DNA from: Sphaerodactylus townsendi
Taxonomy: Eukaryota
Assembly (NCBI RefSeq): GCF_021028975.2
Contig: NC_059429.1
Location: 28,086,001-28,150,000 of the forward strand
Direction: 5' to 3'
DNA: 64,000 bases
The position numbers were made by a program, and so were the translations under genes. The first letter of the stretch is position 1. Each line of letters opens with the position of its first letter. Positions 39,556-52,085 of the stretch are shown piece after piece. The notes below the pieces were generated by a model. The model saw nothing but the letters and a program-made list of their open reading frames with translations. It was not told the origin of the DNA and did not search any database.

Positions 39556-40230
39556 CACCATGGTTAACAAGGGAGGTTCAGGAAAGTATCAGAAAAAAAG
39601 ATGTCTTTTAGAAAATGGAAGTCCAGCTTGACTGATGAAGAATATGAAAAGGAACACAAATGGTGGCAAAAGAGAAGCAAGTTAGCTGAAAGGGAGGCAA
39701 AAAAGGATTATGAGGAACACATGGCTGCGAATATCAAGACCAGCAACGAACAGTTCTTCAAGTACATCAAAAGTAAGAAGCCAGCTAGGGAAGCGGATGA
39801 TGAAGGAACAAAAGGTGTGCTGAAGGATGACAGGGAGATTGCAAAGAAGCTGAATGAATTCTTTGCATCAGTCTTCATCCAAGAGGAGGTGAGGAAAATT
39901 CCTGCCCCTGGACCAAACTTCTTAGGGGGTGAATCTGAGGAACTAGCAAAGATACTGGTAGACAAGGAAGAAGTTCTGGCAGCCATTGATAAACTAAATG
40001 CCCTGGTCCAGGTTGCATTCACCCAAGAGTTCTTAAGGAGCTCAAGTGTGAAATTGCCGATCTTTTCACTTTAATATGCAACTTATCCCTGAAATCAGCC
40101 TCCATCCCTGAAGACTGGAAGATGGCCAATGTCACACCAATCTTTTTTTAAAAAAAAGATCTAGGGGGGACCCACGAAATTACAGACCAGTCAGTTTGAC
40201 ATCTGTTCCTGGTAAGTTAGTAGAATCAGC
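39555..40230 (+). mobile_element. CR1 LINE ORF2 internal fragment
   Basis: NIKTSNEQFFKYIKSKK..LNEFFASVF..IHPRVLKEL..PEDWKMANVTPIF..NYRPVSLTSVPGKLVES. Confidence 0.92.
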
Positions 40231-41010
40231 TGTCTTTATTGTTAAAAAGCCTCATAAAGAAGAGGCGCCGACTTACCGGCACCGCCATTGCCGACGGGGG
40301 TAGGAGAGCTGTGTCTCCGCTCCGGCGGTGGCTCCTCCCCCCAATGGCCAAACTCAGGGCTGCGCTGCACAGGCGTGCAGCAGCGCAGCCAATTGGGCAA
40401 TGGGTCAGGGAGGCGCACAGTCATGACGTCGACTAATAGGTGCCTCCCACCCTCGTTAATTAGCCGGGCTGGGCCTCGTGACGCCCCTTCTTTCTCAGCC
40501 GGCTGGAGATTGTCCCGCCCACCCTCCACTTCTTTCGGTTGTTTTGTCGTGTCCATTCATTTATTGTCGTCTGCGGTTTGCGCATGGGGGAATGATCTAT
40601 GGTTCAGGTTAGCTGCCTGCTAACTAATTTGGAGCCTCCTAATGAGGTTTGGGATGGAGCAAGCCAGGTACAGTTTAGCCCAGGCGTGGGCTGAACTGGC
40701 TTGCCCCCCTCCCCACAGCAACTGGAAGAGTCTTCAGGCAGCGGCCCAGCACCCATCTGAAACTCCCCCACCTTGTTGCTGCCAGGCACCGTTTTTTTTC
40801 TGGTTTGTTTCCTCAAACAGGCGGGTTTGAGGAAAGCGCGTGTTGGGGGACAGCCTGCTTGGCCTGCCCAACTCTGGATCAATCCCCCATGCTGCACCTT
40901 ACGCTCTATTCTGTCAAGCCAATAAATTCTTGGCTATGGCCAAATTTTATACCATAAATAAATGAGTGTATTGTTTTATTTCTTAGCTTAAGTCTTGATT
41001 CATACAGCGG
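40230..41010 (+). mobile_element. Ngaro/DIRS-like terminal repeat, CpG-rich younger copy
   Basis: ttgtcccgcccaccctcc and aataaa..ggctatggccaaatt motifs; CCAAT and CRE sites; homologous to 32540-33290; abuts the truncated end of the CR1. Confidence 0.6.
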
Positions 41011-41727
41011 TCTTTCTCTCCCTCTGGCGGTAAAGTCTCTTTTGGAGTACCCAAACTAGTTTGAAGGGTGTTAAACAGATTTGGAGGGGAAAGTGAGATC
41101 TCCTCACAGTGAAAATTTCCCTCAAAGGTAGCAGTGTGATGTAGCCTGACAAGATCAGCCTTGAAGGGTTTGTATGAGTGCCTGTGTGTGAGTGGGGTGT
41201 GCTTGTGCCTTGCTGCTGAGCTTTGCTCTGAGCTACTGTCTCTCCCTCAGCAGTATGTAGGGTAGATGATCCTTTACAGTGGTGCCAAGAGGTGGGAATC
41301 CTTTATAGTAGATAAGGGATCCAATACAGAGAGCTTCAAGGGATATCAGGGTTGTGGCACAGAGGTAGACTATGGCAAACCACCTCTGAATGTCTCTTGC
41401 CAGGAGTTGCTATAACTCAGATGTGACTTGACAGTAAAAAAAAGAGAGTATTTGTTGCAGAAACTAGGGCATTAGAGTAGGAAATAAATGGACTTACATA
41501 GAAACCTCAACTAATCAAAACTGATTTCTCCTGTTGGACTTTGTGTTCCCCAGCATGACTTCCTACCACATAGCAAAAAATAGAACTTGTCCCTTATGAC
41601 TACAAGTCACTGATACTGCAAAAAAGAGATCTCACTTCTGCCCCTGCAGTCTGATTGCCACTGCACCTGTAAGAACAACTGCAAGAAAAAGAGAAATGCA
41701 AAGTATTTTTATCTTATTAGTATAGAG

Positions 41728-42056
41728 CAGTGTTTTCTAACCTTTTCGATGTCACGGTACCCTTGACCTCACTCTTCATATCTCACAGTACCCCTGCCAT
41801 GCTCCCCCCACTTTCCCCTCCCAGTCTCCCTGCTTGCCACCCCCCACCTTCCCCTCCCAAGATGAAGGGAAGCACGGGGGGTGGGAAGTGGCTACTGACC
41901 TAGTGTCAGGCCCTGCCGGTGGGTCAGCTCCATATCCTTGCTGGTGCCGGCAGGAGACACTGCAAAAGTGAGGGGGGCCGGCAGCATTGCCGCGGTACCC
42001 TTGGGACATGCTCACGGCACCCCAGGGTACCACGGAACCCTGGTTGGGAATCGCTG
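41728..42056. mobile_element. hAT (Charlie-like) MITE
   Basis: TIRs cagtgttttctaacc / ggttgggaatcgctg; perfect TSD gtatagag. Confidence 0.9.
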
Positions 42057-43914
42057 GTATAGAGCATAACAGCTCTCCTCTGGTGCTCAGCTTGCCTGGC
42101 TCTGAGCTGCACATGCAGATCCAAAATGGGACAAATTCCTGTTCCCCCAAGTGATTTCCATTCAGGACAACAGGGTGGAGGGAGGGAGGAGCCTTTCTGC
42201 TCCCTACACTGTGATCCTGAGCCAAATTGGACCTTCACAGATTTTCAGAAACACTGTTCCCTGCAGCTGCTGTGTGGCTGTGAGGAAACATCAGGTTTGG
42301 ACCCATCTTATTAGAAACTGCATTATTTCATTTGACCTTGAGCGAATGAGCTTGCTAGGCTATTTTTAGCAAGGGTATGAGCTTTTATTGGGAAGTGGGG
42401 CCATCTTCACACAGACATGTGCCTAGAGTAAATGTATTCCCAATAACATGTGGAGTCATTGTCTGACCTGATAATTAATATGAATGCTAAAACTCATCCT
42501 TAAGTGAGAGTATTTGGAGGGGACAAATACTCCAAATACTCTCTTTGTGTTCCCCAGCACTTCCTACTACATAGCAAAAAATAGAACTTGTCCCTGATGA
42601 CATAGGAAGCAGAGTAGTTTGGAGTATAGCCACAGTTTAGGGGCAATGCACAGAAGGTCTCAGGCTCAGATACTGGCATATTCAGAAATAATTTTAGGTA
42701 GCCGGACCCATTCTGGAGAGCCACTGCCAGTCAAAAGAAAGCAGTACTTCACTAGAGTTACCAATGAACATATAAGGTGGCTTTCTATAATCAGTTATTG
42801 TTGGACTAACCGGACAGTTTTAACATAAGCTGCCTATGAACATATTCTACAATTCTTATAAAATCTATTTGATTTATAACAGACATTTAAAACATTCTCA
42901 GCTTTCTATAAGAAAAATTAAGCTCTTGATTTGGATTTATGGTCATCATAAGACAGCAATCTGTCCCTCTACTGAATCACTATTGGCATAGTGAATCATA
43001 CTTTCTCTTGGCATAGTTTCAGCAAATATTCTATTTACTACAACTCCCTTTGGCTTCAATGGATTCTGGATGGAATCCTAATGATAGCAGAGTTGTAAAA
43101 TGGAGGATAGGCTAGGTAGTTAAGGGAATTGGGAGGGGCGTTGGTTTTTTTAACTGTCTTTGGAAAATGACCAACCAAATCTGGGAAATCTGCTCTGCAG
43201 ATAATTTAGGAGAAATGCAGTATCTATGATTCATGGACCTTCTATCAAAGGGTAAAATGCTTTTGGAGAGAAAGATCGGTCCACCGTAATGCATTTTTAT
43301 AGTCACCCCTTCATAACATGAAAGCTATCTGTTCCTCTCTTTGGGGATAAAGTATAATTAGAAGACTCCATCTGGAATGTATTTCAGACTGTACTAAATA
43401 CAGGAGCCTGGGATTCTCAAATAGAATGGGGCCAGTCCACAAGGCAGGGCTTTAAATAAGCCCTAGCCCAGCGCCCATACCAACGGCGTGCTCTTGTACC
43501 TCGCGAGAGCACGCCAATCCGCATTCATGTCAACCCTGCCCTTCTCTGGGCAAGATGACTTCCTGGCGGCCAACTGCGCATGCACCAGAATGGGCGCACA
43601 TGCGCAAGGCGGGCCGCAACATCAACTCTGCAACCTGGTGCTGAACCGACAGCTTCTCTGCCGGGCCTCCCCTCCAACAATGGCAGCAGCATGAGAGGTG
43701 CGGCCACGCTTTCTCATATAATTTGACCCAAAGAAATACAAACATGTTGATCTAGTCCAGGAAGAAAGCAACAGCAGAAAGTGCATTGAGAGGAATCTCA
43801 TCATGCACAAACTCCTTACTTGTTAAATTAAGATGATTTTTTTTGCAGCAGAAAAAGATGCACCCATAGCAAATAATCTTTTTTTTTTTTGGTGGGAGGT
43901 AATAAAACTAAAGA

Positions 43915-44275
43915 AAGCTGTGTCACAGAGAGAAACACATTTTGCTGTGACATACCTCTGAAGATGCCAGACATAGATGGGGGCAAAAAGGTTAAAAGCA
44001 AAAACTACCTGACCATAGTCACACAGCATGGAAAACCCACAACAGTTAAATCTGGAAGTATTGTTTTACAACACTTTCAGAAGAAAAGTTGTGTTGGTCT
44101 GCATCAGAAGGACTAGATTCAAGTCCAGTACCACTATTGAGATGAACAAGATTTCTGGAGTATAAATGTTTGAGGGTCAAAGCTCATTTCATCAGATCTG
44201 ATAAGCTTTGATTGTGGAAAGCTTATACCCCCAAAATCTTGTTGGTCTCTAAGGTGCTACTGGACTCAAATCAAG
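43915..44275. mobile_element. Cluster of short Penelope-derived elements, including an inverted pair
   Basis: cctctgaagatgccag at 43955; inverted repeat 44113-44275 centred on agatct at 44194. Confidence 0.7.
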
Positions 44276-45180
44276 CTCAAAAATGCCTTCTGCTTAAATG
44301 TGGCCAGGTGTCTTCAACAACTGGAACAGCAAATGAACCACCTTTGATGCTTCATTTGAGCCATGGATTCAGATTGCATAACAGGTTTCAGATGCTCATT
44401 TCAGCTTCTCAGACTGTATGGTCCTGACATTTCTCCAGGCACAACAACAATAACAAATATTCCCCACCAGTGATTTGCCATAGTTGGTCCCCACCGCTTG
44501 AGGTGTGAGGCTAAGGGCCAGCACGTCCCAGATAAGGTCATTCTTCACAGATAAGCTTGAGTTCCAGCATTGTATCAGCCTACCAGGCGAAAGTACTGTT
44601 GGTCAGAAGAACATTCAACTGAAACCAGTAAGGCTTCCTTACTTCCAAACTAAATGTGTTTAAGTTTTAACCTAGTTTTGGCTGACTGCATTTACATTGG
44701 TGTCTCCAAAACATATATCCAGTACATTGCTTTTTCATACAGCCAGTAAACAATATTAGCCCTGTAATGTTCCTGGCCCATTTCACATAGCTCTTTAGTT
44801 TTCACTTTCTGAACCTTTCAGTGCAATTGTATGCAGATACCTCTGTTAAATCCCATAGATTTCAATAGACTTGAAACAACACTATGTAGAATTGAACTGT
44901 TAATACAAGAAGTGTGCATTTGGCTTTGCCAAACCAAAAAAAAGAACCTTTAAATGGCAGTCAAAAAAGTCAGAAAAAATAAGGGTTTTTTTTCTGGGAT
45001 TCCCCAAAATGCCTCCATTGAAGCCTATCAGGAACCTTTATAAGGCTCTGGGGAACTTTTTTTAACAGGGAATTGTCCACACCTGTATGGTTAGAAGGTT
45101 GGCTAAAACTACAGCTCGTTCCCATAGTACAAACATATATTATTGCTTTAAAACAAAGTCATAATACAGGAAGAAGACCA

Positions 45181-45199
45181 CCACTTCCACTTCCACTTC

Positions 45200-45252
<53 letters not shown>

Positions 45253-45522
45253 TGGATTTATACCCCACCTTTCTCTCCTGTAAGGAGATTCAAGGTGGCT
45301 TACAAACTCCTTTCCCTTCCTCTCCCCACAACAGACACCTTGTGAGGTCGGTGAGGCTGAGAGAATTCTGAAGAACTGTGAATAGCCCAAGGTTACCCAG
45401 CAGGAATGCAGGAGTGCGGAAACACATCTAGTTCACCAGATAAGCCTCAGTCACTCAGGTGGGGAATCAAACCGGGCTCTCCAGATTAGAATGCACCTGC
45501 TCTTAACCACTACACCACACTG
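45181..45522 (-). mobile_element. Squam3-like SINE with (CAG)16 and (CCACTT)3 tail
   Basis: Reverse complement of the tRNA head at 45460-45522; (cag)16 at 45203-45250. Confidence 0.88.
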
Positions 45523-45702
45523 TAGATACTATCACTAATTTCCCACATTTCTCCATTTTATGGCATCTTGTGTAATTTATTTTTAGTCCATGTGCAGTTC
45601 TTGCTAAGCCAAAGTAGATCTTTTAACAATTTTAATTGTTAAAAAAATCTGAAATAAGCAATAGAAACCAGTCAACTCAAGGAGCACTATTATTGTTGAT
45701 AA

Positions 45703-47619
45703 TCTATATAAATAAAAAGCAAAGTGTCCATTTGTTTCTTATCGTTGCTCTCCAAAACTACTGGACCAAATGCTATGAAATTTTCAGACAACGTTGCTCT
45801 CTCATCTGAACATGTTTTCACTACCTCACATTTCTCAACTGTGCCAGGTAAACCATCCTTTCCCCCCAAAACAGCACCATCACTGCCCTTTCCCCCCCAA
45901 ACAGTGCCATCACCGTTCTTTCCCCAAAAAACAGTGCCATCTGGTGGATGCTGGGCCTGTTCTGAGGTATGCGTTCTAATATTTCATTCAGGGAGAGGGG
46001 CCAGGAGTCAGTGAGGGAGTGGAGGGACAACAGAAGTTGAGGCGCCAGCAGTCCTCTAGAGGTACTGACCAGACAGAAATGAAATACAAAACCACTCTCA
46101 ACCTATTATCTAGAAAACAATCACACTTACACATGAAGCCTCTGCCCTCACCTCCAGTCCCTCTCCCTGAATGAAATATTACCTCAGAACGCATAATCCA
46201 CCCCACTCTGGTGTCTCACCAAACCTTAGGAATACAAACCTCTTACAGTACGGACTGGCATTCTTCAGACCATGCTCATCATGACCACTGATGCCATTAT
46301 ATAAGTAATACAATCATTGCACTGCTAATTATATATTCTAATCCAGGATAACTAACAGACTATGTTGCAAATGAAAAAAAAAACAACTTCCACTAGAGAT
46401 TTTAACTGCCTTGAGCGCAGCGTCATTGGCAGAATCATAAAAACAGTTCACATATACATAGCCATTGTACATATTTGCGGGTGCCCCCCCCCCAAAAAAA
46501 ACTAGCTGAATACATTCATTCTTCAGCCTGTGCTTACAATGATTACAGAGAAGAATGCTGCAACAGGTTTTCCCCCTGTATGGCAAGTAATCAGAGAGTA
46601 CATTGGTTTTTCTGCAGCATGGTATTTAGTAAAAGCCTAGCCACAGCAGTCCACACACACTGTATTCTGCTGTATTTGTGCTCAACTTTTCCGGTAGGGA
46701 AATGTTCCCAGTTTCGAATTGGAAGGAGGCCCTGTGAATTAGGCCGCAGGAGCATTCTCCCCAGCATGTGCTGCATGGCCTGCTCTCCGTGCCATTTACC
46801 TCACACATTACTGGGAACTGCGGGCCTTGGGGACAGAGACACAGAGGTCAGGAGGGCAGACTGTTTCCCTTCTCCAGCCGCAAATCTCAGTGCAGCCACA
46901 GTCACCCACCACTTCTTCACACGATCACATGGCTGGATGTGCGTGACAATTTCACAACACACATGTGCACATTAGGTTTTAGGTAATATTTAGGTAATAT
47001 TTAGGTTTTAGGTAATATTAGGCAAAGCAATTCTCCTACACTGTTTGCACATCATCACCCCATACAGTCCAACACAGTGAACACTCTCACAATTGCCCTC
47101 TCACCCTCAGTCCACCAAGCACTTGGACAGATGCTAACTCACAACAGACTACCTGTCTACAGGGACTTCTATTCCCTTTGGAAATTTGGCCAGCCAGATC
47201 TGCAAGGCTCCCTTCACAAGAAGCCCCATTGGCGGACAACCCAACTCATGTGGGGAGAAGGGAGCTGGGGAGGTAGTTCTAATCTGAGACCTCTGAAGTA
47301 ACATTGGGTTTCCCCTGACATTTGAGGAGTGGTTAGATAACGGCTGCTACCACCAGGCTCTGCCATTGTGTACTCCAAGGTAAATTAGGTCTGAACTGTC
47401 AGTGCCAGCCTGTGTTGGACCATCCCTGAATTCTACTAAACAAACTACAAACCATAATACAACATTGTGAATCCAATCTGCTGTTGAAAAGGGAAAGAGG
47501 GGTTCTATTTGACCAGCCCAAAAAGCTATGCTGGGGATCATTGGACCTGCATGGACATCTGTGTGGGTTGCGGACTGTGATGAGGAGGACATTTGCCACG
47601 AGTGGCCGGGTACCGCTAG
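45703..47619 (+). mobile_element. Non-autonomous Helitron (~1.9 kb)
   Basis: 5' a|TCTATATAAATAAAA; 3' gccacgagtggc hairpin followed by cgggtaccgCTAG|t; inserted between A and T with no TSD; ~30-bp tandem repeats at 45859-45940. Confidence 0.8.
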
Positions 47620-48209
47620 TATTTTCTAAAATCAGATGAGGTTTGCTTCAAGATATACCATATTATTGAGTGTTTGGCTGTGTTAAATTATTGTTATTAC
47701 ACATACTCTGCTGTTCAACCAGAGAGTAGCTCTTATATGGTAGCTCATCATTTAGGTTTATTACATGCCAAATGTAGTCCACCTCAGTTCTATGAGATTC
47801 AGGCCCTTTTCTGGGCCACATAAGAATTATATTACTGATGAATCTCTATTAACACAAATGGTCTGACTTTACTAACCAAGGCCCTTTGTCAGTGCATCAT
47901 GTTATATGAATCTGATGTTTGCAAAAATGTCCAACAAAAAAAGCTATGGGAGTATTTTTGAACTTTCCTGTTGTAGCATTTACACTTCAGAAGATCAGTC
48001 AGCCCAATTTATTAGTAGTTGTTTTAGAGCCACTGACCACCTTCCAAACTATTTCCTTGTATGTCCACCAGAGATAAGACTGAGGATGGAGATTTCATCC
48101 TTTCTTCTCCCTGATAAATGATGGGGGTGGAAAGAAACCTCTGAAGTACTCAGAACCAAATTGCATCATACCAGTAGTAAAGATGCCAGTACAAATTGTG
48201 TTCCCATAT

Positions 48210-48442
48210 TAGGGGTACCAGGTCCCTCCTGGCCATCAGCAGGTGATGGGGGCAGGATTACCAGAATCAGTTTGGGGAAACTCTTGGATATTTGGGGAGG
48301 AGCCTGGGGAGAACAGTGACCTCAGAGTGGTACAATGCCATAGATTCTACCCACCAAAGCATCCATTTTCTCCAAGGTAACTGATCTATGTTGTCTGGAG
48401 ATTAGCTGTATTTTGGGGGCAACCTGGAGGCTGGCATCCCTA
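48210..48442. mobile_element. tagggttgcca-type MITE
   Basis: taggggtaccagg / ctggcatcccta; flanking duplication cccatat is visible once the LTR is removed. Confidence 0.65.
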
Positions 48443-48443
48443 C

Positions 48444-48611
48444 TGTCAGTCCCAAGCCCCTTGTGTCTGGACATCATCACCCAGGGGATTCTGGGGGACC
48501 GTGACACCAAAGAACCTCCTATTGGAGTGTACAAGTTCATTCTCTGATTCAATAAACCTGATTTCTGCAATCTTGAGTTTGGTTATTGGGAGGAGGTCGA
48601 TGAACACAACA
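48444..48611 (+). mobile_element. 168-bp solo LTR
   Basis: TG..CA termini; AATAAA near 48551; 5-bp TSD cctac. Confidence 0.65.
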
Positions 48612-49034
48612 CCTACCCATATGTCCCTTCTCTCTACAGTCTCTAAAGATTAGCATCCTCTCTCCTCATATCCATTTCACATCATTGGCTAGAAGTCAGA
48701 AAAGTGAGGAATCCTGTGAACGACTGGTTCCATTGGACTGTACTTCTTAAGACACTGTCTGCCCACAGTTATGTTGTTTCACATATGAGTGGAAAGAAGA
48801 ATAGCACCGTGGAGAGACTTATGAACTTGTAGCTTTAACATAGTAATGTCATCGAAGAGCCTGCACATTCCTAGGTCTAGTGAGAGTGCTTAAAAGATGT
48901 TTTAAGACAGTCATTAGTTTGTGACCAAGCTTTCTACCAACCCTTCTTTCCACCAATTTGTTAATCTACCTCCAAGTCACATTTAAGAATCACTGCTCTA
49001 AGTTGCTTGCATTTGGTTGTAGTTGTTTTCTTAC

Positions 49035-49257
49035 CTTTGCCTTGGCAAGCTGATGAGTGGCTGTTTATGGCACCTCTTGCTAAGGCTAAAGAGCTTGTAA
49101 ACAATTTTCTGTGCCTTAAAGAACAGTTGTTTCATGCTGGTTTCTAGCTGCTCATAGCGATGCTGGAAATTTGAATCCATTGTCCACAAGTGCATAATGG
49201 CAGATGTGTTGAGGAAATAGTTCATGGGGAGCCTTTTCATAAAGAACTTGAATTCAT
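49035..49257 (-). CDS. BRINP3: BRINP3 (FAM5C) internal coding exon, penultimate exon (exon 7 equivalent)
   Basis: Acceptor ttttgcag| at 49258 and donor |gtaag at 49034; 223 bp, phase 1 to phase 2. Translates (D)EFKFFMKRLPMNYFLNTSAIMHLWTMDSNFQHRYEQLETSMKQLFFKAQKIVYKLFSLSKRCHKQPLISLPRQ(R). Near-identical to recalled BRINP3 and clearly distinct from the BRINP1/BRINP2 equivalents. Confidence 0.96.
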
Positions 49258-49669
49258 CTGCAAAATGGTAAAATTAACATTCTTTTAGGTTGGTTGTCCT
49301 TTAAGCAGCAATACAAGATTTATGCTGATTTTTGTCACTGTTAATGAACAGGCAAATGCAATACTATCACTTTTATACACAGGTAAATGTTGATGGAACA
49401 TGAACACTCAAGAACTCAACAGCAAAGATCATCAGTACAACTCACAGCAGAATTTGATAAATTTAGAATTCCAAAACTTATTTTTAATTAAGGCTATGGC
49501 CAAAAGCACCCAAACTTGGGACTTACTTCCAAACAAGGTTGTCTAAAGCTGGATCTGTATGTCATTACAGTATCATAATCACCCATTTCTTTTTTCTCTT
49601 TTTTATGAAGTTAAAGCTTCTATTAAGTTTAAAAGCAGACGATAATATAATATTTCATATGGGGCAGAT

Positions 49670-50001
49670 CAGTGCTGGAATTCAAATAATTTAACAAACG
49701 GTTCCAGTTGAGAGGGGGGTGCGGTGCCACTCCCCCTCTCAACTGGAACTGGCTCTCCCCTGGCTCAACCTCCATCGCCGGTGGCCCTGCTGCCTCCAAA
49801 GACGAGGCAGCAGGGCCACCGATGATGGATTCTGATCCAGGGGTGGCAGCAGCCAGCAGCAAGCTGTGGGCCCATTGGCTGATGTGCCCCCCTGGCTGCT
49901 GCACTCCCCAGCTCAAGTGGGCTGTGGGGGGGGGGTACACAGTGGTGGGATTGACTACCAGTTCTAACAAACTGGTGCAAACTAGCTGAATCCCACCACT
50001 T
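49670..50001. mobile_element. hAT MITE (same family as 30266) with GC-rich filler
   Basis: cagtgctggaattca / tgaatcccaccactt; perfect TSD gggcagat. Confidence 0.88.
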
Positions 50002-50399
50002 GGGCAGATGTTACCAAGTATTTTAAGTTAACCTTGTCCCACTGGTTGGTCTTTGGTGACCTTAAGTCATCCAATTCATGGCCACTTATGTCATGGAATG
50101 TTTAGAAATGCCTTGTCTGGAGCTAGATGATTAATTTACAGCACAATCCAGATCGTGGAGGTGGCTGGGGATGGCACCACTGCCAGAGGACTTTCAGGTG
50201 GTGTGGGGAGGCAGAGGAATAAAAAAATCTCCCTGGCAGCTCAAAAGTCCTTCATAGGAGAAAACAAAATTATGCTAGCCAAAAAGGTGGCCTAAGTCCA
50301 TTCTCCCACCGCTGGCATTCCTGGGGTGAAAGCCTGATGGGAACTGACTAGTGTCAGCTCCACCTCCAGGAATGTTCCTGGGATGCCCTCAGCCCAATG

Positions 50400-50882
50400 T
50401 TTTTCAGTGGGCAGCAGATCACTCTTCTGGGTGGCTAAGATTCTTACATGTGTGTTTGTGTAGCTGTGAAAATAGCTCCTTGAAAATTAAGGAAAAAATG
50501 AAAACTATATATTGCTGGAATTGACAGGACCAGCTGAGTACAACCATGTATGTTTTAGACTGAAAAGGTGTCCAGGATTGGAGCCTGCAGAGCAAACGTA
50601 TTAGGAAACCTTCAGCAAATGGCAGCAGGGAGAATCCCTTCAGCTGCACACAAAATGTCAGGCACAAGCTGAGGGTGAAACTGACCAGAGAGCAAAACGG
50701 TTGGGTGGGAAACAGTGTCTTTTCCTCTCTGATGCTTTTACTGTCTGGAAAACACCCAGAAGCAGCTTCTTTTAAAGACATCCCCTAGACATCTTATTTT
50801 GGGTGTACTGAGTGAAAAGAGGCAGTTTCCTCTTTGTAAGACGTCCCACGGGCTTCTTTTTTGTGCCGTGTGACATGGACCC
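50400..50882 (+). mobile_element. Harbinger-like non-autonomous repeat (copy 2 of 3)
   Basis: Strong similarity to 60420-60945; ends gtgccgtgtgacatggaccc. Confidence 0.55.
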
Positions 50883-52052
50883 TTCATAGCCTGCATTTTC
50901 TTGTCCACACAGGAAAGAAGATACAGTTGTGAATTACTGACTAATGTAATGATAGCACACTCCAATCGTGTGTGGATGTGGCTGCAATGAACTTCATGAC
51001 TGACTCAGTATATGAACCGGGGTCTCTGTGGTCCTGGTCCAATGACTACAACATACCATGTACCACAAATTTCAGACCGTCAGTCCCAAAGTAGTATACT
51101 AAGGAAACGTTTGTTATCTGCAGCTATTTGTGGAAGGACTACATGAAGTACCATACCTGCTATCCAACCTGACATGCTGTTTATAAGTGATAAGCAAGGT
51201 TTGTATTGTACTCATTTTCAATGCAAAACTAAAAGGGGCGGGGAGACTTTTGCCAAGAGCAGAGCTTGTTAAGTCTTAATGAAATTATGTCCTGCATTCT
51301 TTCCTAATGAATATCTCATTGTATCCAGAGTAATGAGAGATAAGGCTAATGTAAAGCCACAGAGCTTTGCAAATAAAGAGGGAGAGGGAGAAAGGAGGGA
51401 AGGAAGGAAAGAAAGAAGTGGTATTTGCCTCATATCTTAAACTGACACATTTCATGAGCTGTGAAACTGCAACACGAGTGCTTACTGTTCAAGGATTATT
51501 AAATTTATTGTACTCTAATCAGCAAAATGCACAGGTACTTTTGAAATGTGATTAAGGGCACAGGAAGGAATCTGGACAAGAGAGGAACTTAACCATCCCA
51601 TAACTACCTTTCAGTTAGAGTTGCCAGAGAAATTTTTCAGCAGTAAATTTGGAGGTTACTTCTCTGATGAGACATCAGAGCAATACTACTACTGCAATTG
51701 CTTCGGAGAGTTTCATGAATCTTTTTCACCTACTCCTACACTGCCAGGCTTCTCTGACAGGTCCGGTTCTTGAACACTGAATTTCTGGGGTCAGGGGATA
51801 AAGGCTACATTTATATGCAATTTAGTAACTTTATAAATGTGGATACCGCTCCTTAACCTTCTCCCCTTGAAACATACAAGAAATAGAAAATACGTAAACA
51901 AGCGGGAGACGCCAAAAGATTCACAGGGAAGAGGATCTCATTTCCCCCCACTAGCTACTGCTATGTTGTTCTGTCTCCTCCCCAACTTTCCTTGGTATAC
52001 ATTCCACCCCTTTCCTTCCCACCATCCCTGTTCAGTTACTTGGGGGAGGGGC

Positions 52053-52085
<33 letters not shown>

